A stretch of 64,000 bases of DNA, from assembly GCA_020137815.1 (NCBI GenBank), contig CM035354.1, forward strand, positions 3,844,001 to 3,908,000, read 5' to 3'. Under the pieces are notes generated by a model. That model worked only from the letters and a program-made list of their open reading frames with translations, made no database searches and was not told where the DNA came from. Made by a program: the position numbers and the translations under genes. Numbering within the stretch: the first letter of the stretch is position 1; each line of letters starts with the position of its first letter. Shown one piece after another: positions 39,117 to 51,200 of the stretch. This DNA comes from Hormiphora californensis (taxonomy: Eukaryota; Animalia; Ctenophora).

Positions 39117-40447
39117 TCTTGTTTTCCAATTAGTTGGCCAATAGGGTATGCCTGTCAGACAGGGGGACGCACAATATATGTGCACCCTAGCCCTTGTAAT
39201 TGGTTATTTACCCTACGATGCAGGGTACCCTGTACTGCTTGGCAGTATTACAAATTCACTGAGGGATGAACCTTCATAGTAACAGAAATGCTGAAATGAA
39301 CCTTCATAGTAACAGAAATACCGAAGGGCTGTGATCATATCTAAGTTTGGTAACTGTGACACGTTAACACGCAAAACGGGTCTCCTGTGTGTTTCCAAGG
39401 TGGGATCACTGTGAATCCAGTATATTAGAAGAGGGGGTTGGAGACTGAATCCAGTATCATTATTTCAATGTGGGGCTATCTGAGTGTAGAAGCATCTTTT
39501 AAAGTGAGTGATACTGTGATAGGTATATTGAGAATGTTATGTGAAGAGGGTTCCCTAGAGGGAGCTGGAGGGTTCCGTACAGTCTCGTACACTAGTTGGT
39601 ATAGTAACGAGATGTAGCCGTCAACCCCATTCTGATAGTGGTAGGCCTGATCGTTATAGGAACTAGAGTGATCCACCCTGGACTGGGGAGTATACTTATC
39701 ATATCTGAGAGAGATGGATCGGGAGAAAATACAGAGATAGAAAGAAGAAATCCATTACTATTCATCATAAGTTATGAAGCAGCACATATATCCCACACTG
39801 TCAGGCTTCCCCCGATATCTTATTGTGCTTCTTCTCCCTCCCCCGACTAGTCAGACTAACTCTATATCCACTAAAAAGGGAGTGTGTCAGCACACACACA
39901 CATGTCATGTGCTATCATGTTACTATCATCTCACAACTGTGTATCATGTGTGTATACCCTATCAGCTGTACGCTGAGCGGTACTGTTTATATTGGGGGAT
40001 TCAAAGAGGCGTGTAACACACGTTCTGTAACTGTACGTTATGTCCCATACTCCAGGTGATCATGTGTGATGTCAGTGGTCTTGTTTTTGGGTGGATGTAA
40101 GAGGGTAAGCTAGGAAACAAGCCGTTTCTGAACTCGTTCATGCAAATGTGTGGTCCAGATGGGTGTCAGTCCAGTTTGCCGGTGTTAGTATACACGTCAT
40201 GCTTTCGCCTCTCTCCGAATGATGAAAGCAGGTTAGATTAGATCAAGCTACCTAGCCGGTCTAAGCTTATCTCGCCGCGTTTTCTCTCTTTCTTCCTCGA
40301 ATAGCTTTGTCAATCAGTTCTTCTAGAGCTAGTGCATGCGCCTCGGATGACAATCTTCTCTCTCGTCTCTACTTTCTCTCTTCTCTCTATCTCTCTTCTG
40401 CAATTGCTCTCTTACTCGATAACAGTCAGCTGCAGTCTCTAACTCTG

Positions 40448-40481
<34 letters not shown>

Positions 40482-40482
40482 C

Positions 40483-40546
<64 letters not shown>

Positions 40547-40943
40547 TAACAGGACCATGCTAAACATACACTGCAGCAACCAGCATGAGGGTGAGACGGA
40601 GCTAAAACACAGCCCTATGATAACAGGGCTGAAATAGGGCGCAAATGTGCGAATAAATGCAAACCTTCTAGCTTAGGAAGATGGGAAGATTTGAAGATGT
40701 ACCCGGGCCGAGGTAGTACCTAATTGAACTATAGAATTTGAAAGCGACCTGCGAATTCTATGACCCCGATCTGGAAAGTTTGTAGCAAGCTGTAATAGTG
40801 GATTTGAAAGTTGCGACTAATGATGCGGTTTGGAACTCTCTGTGTATCTATTGTGTTCTCAATGTGCACTCAGAATTTGAAAGATACACTTTTGTTATTG
40901 TGCATACTGAATAGCTGAATGTATCCTAATTCACGTGCTGTCT

Positions 40944-40982
<39 letters not shown>

Positions 40983-41557
40983 TCTCTCTATCTCTCTATC
41001 TTCCATTCTCTCTCCCTTTATCTCTCTCCTCGTTGGTGCTGGGGTCATTTGCGCCTTGTTAAGCCGAGGGCATCAGCCTGTCAAATACCTGATATGTGGA
41101 AATTCCGACCCTTCGTGACTCCTCTCTATCTTTTTCTCCCTGTACTTATATTATATTTCTCTCTCTTTTTCGTCTCCTGTAAAATATTCTCTCTATCTCT
41201 CTCACACATTGTACATGGTGTACCCAAATTGTGTAGAGTGCAATTTAGGTTAGAGTTGGACTGTGGGGAGTCACTACCCAACAGCCTAATTACCCCTACC
41301 TAGTAGGCTAACTACCTACTTAGGTAGCTCTAATGAATTTATGTAAAATGTACACTCTGAAATATACATGAGTATTTTAAAACGGTAACCGCTGCTGCTG
41401 CTGTAGATTCGGCGTCCCCTTTCTACCAAGGTGTCCCATGTAAACAGAGCTGCTGGGACCTGAGGAGAGCATCTGTAGCTACTAGTCTTCTTTGCATGTC
41501 AAATCCAATCAGATCCCTTCTTTTTGAGGAGTAGCTATCTTTCCCTATCTCTCTCTC

Positions 41558-41626
<69 letters not shown>

Positions 41627-42251
41627 CTCTATTTATTTCTTGCGATCTTCTGAGTTCTGATAGGACAATATGACGTCATCATGATGGCATTTTTACATCG
41701 CAATGCGTGTGGAAAGGGGGAGATGAGAAATGAGAAAAAGGGAGTTAAATAAGAGGAAAGGGAGTCATTGAAAAACAACTTTCGAGAGATAAAAGTAAGA
41801 AGGAGGGAGAGTCACTCAAAACATACTGTGAGAGAGATGTGAAACTGTATACTCTCGTGACGCTGTTTCTTAATATCTGACATCCCACATCACGCTATCC
41901 CATTTTTACTGGAAATTCAATTTCTAGATATTCCAATACTCAAATCTTTCTTTCGCATTAATTTCATTAACTTCTATCTGACAGATGAAGGCTAATGATA
42001 GAATCTATCATTAGCCTTACATTCACCATTGACGTATTATGTGAATTTTAAAAACTTTAACATTTCTCCTCTTTCTCTTTCCATCATTCTATCTCGCCAG
42101 TATAATTAGAAATCAAGAGCTATAAATCAAATCCGCCAGAGTCTTTGGTGATTTGTGCGTGTAGTGGGGGAGACCATAATTATAGAGGGGACGTTTTGCA
42201 AGCAGCAGTGTGAACTTTAGAGAGAGGTGTAGGCTATACTTTAGTAGGGGA

Positions 42252-42282
<31 letters not shown>

Positions 42283-45200
42283 GATAGAGAAAGATGGATA
42301 GATAGAGAGAGACGTTTAACTTTGTGTATGGCGGCAATTTAGCATGCTGTTGGTTCGACCACCCTCCTCCAAATTTGCAAGGTGTTGTGGTCAAATATTA
42401 TAGTGACAGCAAGAAGTGTTATCAGCTGTAGACAAATAATATATCATCATTCAGTCATCACATAATATTATGTGTAAAATGTGAGAAACGAACAAACAAA
42501 TTGTCTCTCTATCTCCCTCGATCTCCTTCTTTCTCTCTCTCCTCACATGACAGTTACCCTCTCTTTTCAACTTCCCATTTTTTCCCTAAAAGTTTCTAAC
42601 CAGTGGTTAGGAACAAATCCTTGAATTTATTCCCAACTGACCCATAACGACTCCTTGTTTTCAGGTGTGGTGCGTGCAGCTCAGTAACAAGATATTGTAC
42701 TTGGTGCCCGCTAGAGGGCTCATGTAACAACCACCAACTTGCTCCCTGCCATGAGTACAAAGTCACGGTAAGTTTGGGTTCTTTTGCGGGAATATTGCAG
42801 ATAGGTTGCGGCAATGCGGGAATATTGCAGAGAATGAGCTCGTCCCGAGAGCGAAACCACTGTGTTGCTTTTCTTTGAGAATTGTTTAGAAAGAGATCCT
42901 TAGATGGGTGAGAATAGTACAACTTTGCTTTCCATTTTACTGTTCTGTTGCTACACCCAATTACAACACACGTCATATAAAACACTAGGTCCTATACAAG
43001 GTTTCCCCTTTTTTCTACTATTTACATTACGTAACGTACAACTAAAGTCGGTCCAGTGATTTAGTTCTACATGACAGCCATGAGTAACAACTAGACAATG
43101 TTTGTCTCGGAATATATTATAAAAGTCTCGTAATATTTTACGCCCTTCCGAAATACAAAATAGAAATCTTTTGTTCTACTCAAAATGTTATTATCAAATC
43201 TCTGCAATAAGCATTTTTTAGAAATCCGAAATTCGCTCAGAGAAAAGAAAATATTTCAGTGGAGATTATGCATTGTCTAATATCAATAATCATCTCTGTT
43301 CTTGACCACACTCTTCCACCTCAGGATTCTGCCCAATGTCCGAGTGATAACACTACCCTCCTCTCCCCCAGGACTCCGCCCAATGTCCCAGTGTTAACAC
43401 TACCCCCTCTCTCCCTCAGGATTCCGCCCAATGTCCCAGTGTTACTTCGATTGAACCCAGTAAGATACCGCGGGATACAATTGACAATGAAGTGGTTGTG
43501 ACTGTGAAGAATCTTCAAGCTGTCACGGTGAGTGGTATATCGAGTTTTACTACTCCTAATTTTGGAGATGAACATTGAACAAGATTTCTGATGATAATTT
43601 TATGGGGTCCAGTCATGGATTCGAGAGTTCAGGGTGGGTGGGTAAAATTTTAGAAATATGTTATAAACATGTTATAAAGGGGCGGTACAAAAAAAACATG
43701 TAATTTGTGGTAGGCAGCCGTATTACTACGACAGAAAGGTGCACTATTAGAATACATGTGTGTGACAGCAGCAGTTCTTTTCTCTCTGTTACAGCTAGCT
43801 AGCAGCCCCCTCTCCATGCAGTAGTAGTAGTGGGACAGTGCGGTGTGTGAAGAACCCGTGAATTAGCAATTCTGCACACGGGAAACAGAGTTTTTGAATT
43901 GAAGAAAAGGACAGGAGAGAAGGAGAATAAGGATAGAGCAGAAAAAGAGGGACCGTTGTGTGGTAAGACTGAGAGGACAAGAAGAGTAGAAAAAGGGCAA
44001 TTCAAGACAGAATAAGGAGCAGGAGAGTTGTGATTAAAGTGGGGGGGGGCTGGTATATGAACAAGGAAGCGCCTAACTAATTACCACCCTGTACTTCCCA
44101 GGTTTCTGGCGTGTTTCAGTGTAAATTGAGCAGCAGGAAAAACCGAACTCTCAGTCGAAAATACGAAATATCCCCGGAGTCCACGAATACGACGATACGT
44201 TGTAAAGATGTCCAGGTTCGTAGGGGGCATGGCGGCATGAACTCAATAGGATTTTGTGTAAACCTAGTGGGTGGGGGAGCACATTTTTTATGTCCCCCCT
44301 CTTTCTCTCCGTCATACTTCCTCCTGCCCACTCCTCCATGGAGTGTGTGTCGGAGTGTGACATTTCCAGAGAAAGAGAGAGAGATGATGAAATGTTGACA
44401 TTTGGGGGGAGAGAGAGGGGATCGACAATCAATATTGCTACGGTTTCACGTCTTGCTCGATAGACGAGACTTCTCCCCCTGACTTGACGTAACGCGCGGC
44501 GACATTCAACTGCAACTTCTCTTGCTTTCCGCGTCACAGGGCGCGCGCCAGGTTTCACACACTGCAGCAGCTCCAAGCGTGTGTGAGGGTCTGTTTACAC
44601 TCAAGTTCCTTATTAATCCAGGTGTCTCACATTCTAACTATATTTAACAGGTGGACGATTCATTCCCGGAGTACTACGGAGGGGAGGCTGAGTTGGAGCT
44701 GAGTGTGGTGTACAAGGCTGGCTCTGATGGCCAGGGTGTGGATGTAGGGAGTGGGAAAAGTAAGTTTGTTTGTTTTAGAAGAAGAGAGAGAAGGTAGGAA
44801 AAAGTGAGCTGAGAGGGCGAGATGAGTGCTGGACACCAACGCCCTTTATTTCTCTCTCTCCCTCTCTCCCCCTTCCCTCTCTCTCTTACACACTGCTTAG
44901 TGTGAATGAGTACTATTACGCCCCTTATCCAATGTTGCTTTCCCATCTCACCTACAGCTCCCCACCCATATTTACCTTTCTTACACAACATAGATTCAAC
45001 CCTCCCGACTCCCAAATAATAATCTCACCGCCTAGCCTCTACCCCATCTCTCCCCTTGATCCCCTCTCCCCTGGATCTCACCCCTCTCCCCTGAATCTCA
45101 CCCCTCTCCCCTGGATCTCACCCCTCTCTCCCCCGCAGTTAATGTGTACGGCTGTGAGATGCTGGCAAGTGACTGTGTTACCTGTCTCTCCTCCTACTCT

Positions 45201-48200
45201 ATTGCCGCCTACAGCTGCCGATTCTGCGGGGACAAGTGTCGATACAAGAACCACGGAGAGTGTGAGGGTGGAAATGTTATCAGTGGAAACTCAACTGTGT
45301 GCCTGGAGAAGAATACTAAAATTGAAAAGGTTAAATCCCCCTCTGTTCAGCTAATGTACTTCGTTAAATCCCCCCTCCTCTGGTTTCTGAACGTGCCTTG
45401 TTCGTGTGAAGAATATAAACAACTCAGAACACAACCATATTCAGCATTTGGTTCAGTGTTTAGTGCGTAACTGGACGCTTTATAGTGATTATACCGCCCT
45501 CACCTTCTGGGCAACATTCCTCAGCACATTCCATGTGACATTCTCACGGAACACGGGCCGACAAATGTATCTATCTCCCCCTATTCTATCTCTCTTCTAT
45601 CTCTCTCCCCCTCTCTGTATATTTCTCTCCCTCTTCTATCTCTCTCGCTCTTCTATCTCTCTCTTCTATCTCTCTCTCTCTCCCTCTTCTTCCTCTCTCC
45701 CTCTATTTTTCTCTCCCTTTCTCTCTTAACTCCTCAGTTAACCCCTCCTCCCCCTCCTCCACGCAATTAACCCTCCTCTTACTCAATTAACCTCCCACAT
45801 CCCAGGTGTTACCCTCGTGGAGTCCCGGTGAGGGCGGGGTAGAAATAACCCTCTTTGGAAAGAGTCTCTCGGTGAATGGGCTGACCGTACAGGTTGAATT
45901 CCTGTTCGAGGATTCCAAATCTAAGTCTGTGGAAACCATTGCCTGTCAAGATACAACTTACACCAACTCAACTAGGTACAGCCCTATTTTCCAACCCCGA
46001 TATAGGGAATCAACAACCTTGTTTACGAAATAACCCCTCGCACACTGGCAAGGAAGGGGTAACTTCGTTACCAATAGTTGACCCCGGCCCGATATACTGG
46101 GCATACCGATTTCTGTAACACTACTCTCTTCTGTAGGGTAACGTGCAAGACGCCCAGTATTATGGAGGCTCATTCCTTCAAAGAGATGCACAGAGAGGTA
46201 ACGGCTAACATGAGCCTGAGGTACATCGGGGGAACAACAGCTCGACATGTGTCTAACTACCAGTTCCACTTTACGGTAGGTCCTGTACTAGATCTCTATC
46301 TATCTATCTACGGAGTGCCTGGGCTTGCCAACGGCAAGCCCACAGGGGACTATCGCAAAGCGATATCGCCGGCACTAGGAGAATAGCCCCCCTCCCCTCC
46401 CCCACCATCAGGAACTGCCCACAGGACAGGTTCGCATTATAGGTGGCTTCGGGTTGGGGAGACTAAACTCCTTCGAGAGTCGCAGAATCTTGATTCTTCT
46501 TCCCTATTAGTCTTGGAACTTTGGCTCAATCTCCCTGCGACAGGTGGTTCTTGAGTTTATTTGCTTTCTCGATTAGCTTGATGGCTACCGTGGTGTGATA
46601 TATTATCGTTTTGCCTAGATCTTTGTACGAAGTTTTGCCGCTGAGTCTCATTCTCTCCGTTTCTAGGATTTCACATTCACAGATTAGGTGTTTCGCATTT
46701 TCTTTTGTTTTAGAGCATAGACTACATATGTCTGTATTCGATTTTCCAATCTTCTTGAGGTAGTAGTTGAACGGCCCTATATTTGTGATGAGATGTAGTA
46801 TGGTTCTATACTTTTTCCTTTGGTTTGCGTACAGTGTCATTTTTTTTGATAGTGAGTTCCATGTTGATTCATTCGTTACTATGGTTCTTGTGTGTTTCCC
46901 TCCATTTATTAGAAATTGGTTCATGGTTTTTGTTTTGGCTATTTTCGCCGTAGAATTTTTAATATAGCTGTGTGGGATTGGTATTTGTCTGGTTTCACTG
47001 ATTGATTTGCTGCATCCTTCTTTGGCGAGTTGGTCAGCTATCTCATTACCTTGGATGCCGATATGTGCTTTGACCCATTTTATTTTCACCGTATTGTTTT
47101 GTGCTAGTTGGTTGAGTTCCGCGTTGCATTCCTTAATTGTTAAGGAGTCGGAGGTCAGTTTACTTAGTGCACTTATGCTGGCGGCTGAATCTGATCTGAT
47201 GTGGATGTGGTGATTTCGTGTCCCATTGTTGTTTAGTTCCTCTGCTGCTCTTTTAATTGCTGTTACTTCGGCTTGGAAGACTGTGCTATAATTTGGTAAT
47301 CTTTCTGAGATATCGATTTCTTGTGTAAGCACTGTGGATTTTGAGTGTGCTCCTAGCCCCGTTTGGTTAGCTTCGTTTTTCGATCCATCCGTGTATACTG
47401 TTAGTGCATTTCTGTCCTCCTCATCTAGTGTACCTGTTTCCCAGTCTATTGTTGTCTCGTAGTTTTTCATAAGGGTTTCTTTGGTTGTTTTGTCTAGTGG
47501 GCGTACTGGTAGCTCTAGTTCTTCCCACAACCTGTTGCATGTATGAGCATGGGTATAGTTGGTTAACATACCTTTTTCTTTAGTCCATTTCCCATTTGCT
47601 TTTAGGCGCCCAGTGGTTTCAGTAGCTGTTTTCTCTACGTGGTGTATTATGTCTGTAGTGTTCGTTATGATGTTTAGGTCAGCCCCTGCAGTGTTAGGGA
47701 AGGCACCGGTTGCTATTCTGAGAGCTAACCTTTGCACCGCTCTCAGTTTCTTGGCATTATGTTGTTTATAAATCGCATTTATCCATATTGGTGCTGCGTA
47801 CGTTATGAGGGGTCTGATGGTTTGTCTGTAGAGCCATATCGCTACTTTGGGGGATAGTCCCCATGTAGGTCCGATGGCGATGTTGGCTCTCATCAGGTTC
47901 CTTTTGGCTTTTTTTGTGATGTTATCAATGTGTTTGTTGAAGTTTAGTCTGTTGTCTATCGTAACTCCAAGGAATTTTGTTGTGGTGCTTAGTTTTATTT
48001 CTGTACCTTCAATGAAGATTGGTTTAAGTGCCCATTTCCTTTTTGTGGTAAACATTATCATAGTAGTTTTTATTGCGCTGAGCGAAAGGCCTTGGTCTTT
48101 ACACCAGTTGTTTATGTGGTTGAGAGTTGTTTGTGTTCTGTGTCTTATTATCTCTATATCGTCTCCTTCGGCCAGTGATATGAGGTCATCTGCAAATGCT

Positions 48201-51200
48201 TGTAGGTATGCTGGTGTGTCTTTGGCTGTGCTTTGTAGTAGGCTATCTAATACAATATTCCATATTAGCGGCGAGAGAATCCCTCCTTGAGCTACGCCTC
48301 TCTTTATTTGGAAGGTAATGTTCTCATTTTTATGTTCAACGTATAGTGACCTTGTTGTTGTCATATCCATTATCCAGTTTATTGTCTTTGTGTTTATCCC
48401 TTTGTTTATGAGGCCCCGTTGGATTGCTTCGAATGATATCTTGTCGAAGGCACCCTCGACATCTAGGAATACACCTAATGCAAACTGTTTCCTTTTCATC
48501 CTTTTTTCAATCTTGTGAACGATTTTGTGTAATGCGGCTTCTGTGGAGTTAGATTTTCTGAACCCGAATTGTTTATCGTTAAGCTGTGAGTCTATCTTGT
48601 TTTTTTCCAGGTTCCAGTATATTAGTCTTTCTTGTATCTTAAGGATGATTGGAGCGAGTGTGATGGTGCGGTACGCCTTTGGGTTGTTGTAATCGTCTTT
48701 TCCTGGTTTCGGTAAGAATATACCCTTGCTAGTCTTCCAGTTATTCGGTGTTTGGCCGATGTCGTACGAACATTGAAATAGTTTCAGTAACGGTTCTGCC
48801 ACGGTGTCTATGGCGTTTTGTAGCATGTTGGCTGTAATTTTGTCTGGGCCTGGGGCTTTGTTTGGTTTCATTGAGTTGATTGCATCTTTGACTTCCGTTA
48901 GTTCAAATTTTAAGGTATCTCTTTCTTCCGCTGTTTGGATTTGGCTTATATTGTCGATTGTTGTCGAACCAAAGTGTCTGTCTCTCATTATTTCAAGGGT
49001 TTCTTTTGCGTTTGTTGTGATTGAGTCGTCAGCCCTATATATACAGTCCAGGTTCCTGCTTGAGTTATCTCTGTTCTTGCATATTTTATTAAGTCTAGAT
49101 ATGGCTGGGGTATTTGCTATATTTTCCGTGAACTTCTCCCATGCTTCTTTCTTGTGTGTTCTTTGTAGTCTGTTAAGAATGTTGTTCGCATTTTGTAATT
49201 CTTGTTGTGTCTGTAGTGTTTTGTTTTTTCTGTGTTTTTTCAGTTTTTTCTTCGTTTTATTTATTTGCGCCCTTATTTCTTTGTTGTACCAGGGTGGTGG
49301 TTTGATCTTGTTTGTACTATATGTGTATTCTGTTGTTAGGTCCCATGCCTTTTTGATTTTCTCGTTTATGACTTCAGATGCTCTGTCCATTTCAGACTTA
49401 TTGGTTGGTGGATTGTTTATTATTGTTTCCAGATCTTTGTCCTCGGCTAGGATTTGCTTGAATTTCGGCCAGTCCGTGTTTTTGTCTGTTTTTGTTTTCT
49501 GGAACTTGTTTGTCATGACTTTTAGTTTAGCCCTTAAGTACTTGTGATCTGAGTTTGTAAATTCTTGACTGACCGTCCAGTTGCAGATTAGCTCTCTTCC
49601 TTGTTCGTTGGTTATCGTGAGGTCAATAATTGATTTTTGAAGTCTTGAATTTTCGAAGGTGGCCTTGTTGCCTGTGTTCATGAGAGATAGGTTATTGTTT
49701 GCTAGCGAGATTTGTATCTCATCCCCTCTTTTGTCAGTTTTCTTATCTCCCCAAATGGTGCTGTGTGCGTTGGTGTCGCTGTTGATTATTAATGATGCAT
49801 GTTGTTTTTTGGCATATTTTGCCAGTTTGTGTATGATGTTTATATATTGTAGGGTGTCTTCGTCACCATCCATGTAAATTGCTGCAAGTATAATTTTTTG
49901 TTGTCTCCTGTTTATCTGTATGGCTATGCTGTCTCTGGTTGTAAATTCGTGCAAGGTGATGGCCTTGGAGGAGTGGTTCTTGTGTAACGCTATAGCTACC
50001 CTTGGGTTGTGTTCTGTTGTTTCTGGTTTTATTATTGCTATATCTTTGTGGATATTGGGTATTTTTTTGTTCTTGTCGCAGTAAGGTTCGCATATAAAGA
50101 TGATGGGGGCGTGGTTGTTGATTATGTTTGCTGAAAGTGTTGTTAGTGCAGCTTTCTTGTGCTGTTGGTTCGTGTATATCATGGAGATTGGTACTAGATG
50201 GTCATCGGTTTTTTCTTTTGCTTCTTCCTCGGTTCTTGCGTGGTTTATTTGCGTTGTGAAGATTGGAGAGGTAGCGTTTGTTCTATTTATTCTTTTGTTT
50301 AGTTTCATTTCAGCCGTCGACGTTGCAATCGGCTGGGATCTAGTGTTATTGGTTGAGATGTCTTTTGTTGATTTGAAGTAGTTTGTGATTAAGTTATTTT
50401 TAGTCGTTTGTTTTGGTAAGTGTGGTTTTGTCATTTGGTTGGTGTTGCTTGTTGCGGTCATGGTTTTGCCCTTTTTGGCCTTGTTGCTGGTTCGTTTCGA
50501 GTCTGGTGTTTGCCTTTTTTTCGTGGTTGGAACTGTTGGGCTATTTGTCATTACTTTTCTGCATTTGGCCCTACATGTAAAGTTGTCGTTGCGTGTTCTT
50601 TTTCTCTTAATGGGGCTAGAGGAGATAAGATGGGAGTTGTTCGAGGAAACTTTGCCGGAAGGCTTGTTCGTGGCTCTTATGCCTGTTCGTTGCGCTGTGT
50701 CATGGTCGTTGATCTTGGGTATCGTTGCTTGGTTGTCGATAAGGTTATCGTGTAATTGGGTCAAATTAGGAATCGGTGATGATTGCTTAGTCGTGGCACT
50801 TGGGCCAATACGAGGCTCGAGGGCCTTTACGTTGCTCTTTGGCATTATAGGTGATCGAGGCTCTTGGGCCTTTACGAGGCACGTAGGCCTATTAGTTGCG
50901 CTTGGGCAATTGTACTTACCGATCCTTGGTGGTTGTTGTCTACATTGCTAGTCTGCAGGGTGAGAGGTTAATTAGTGTCAGAATGGTGAATAGAAGGAGT
51001 TTCGCATCATGTAACCACGCGCTTGGAACTGATGTCTGGTGGGCTAGCGGACGTTTCTCAGAGCAAGATGACATACGCTGCAGCTACCTCTTCGTATTGA
51101 GGCGCGCGGCGAGGGGATTGCAGCGCATTCGAAAACAAAAGGGAAAATGTACAAACAGAATTTATTTGTTTTTTTATTTTATGCTCGCCCTGGGGTGCAG

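Noticed and set aside
39476-39705. Possible nested exon on the minus strand in the large plexin intron
   Set aside because: It has an acceptor and about 75 open codons, but no recognisable domain and no partner exon that I could link.
76-46293. Shared ACTAGAT in the target sites of the DNA transposon and the LINE
   Set aside because: A 7-bp match between unrelated mechanisms is probably chance.
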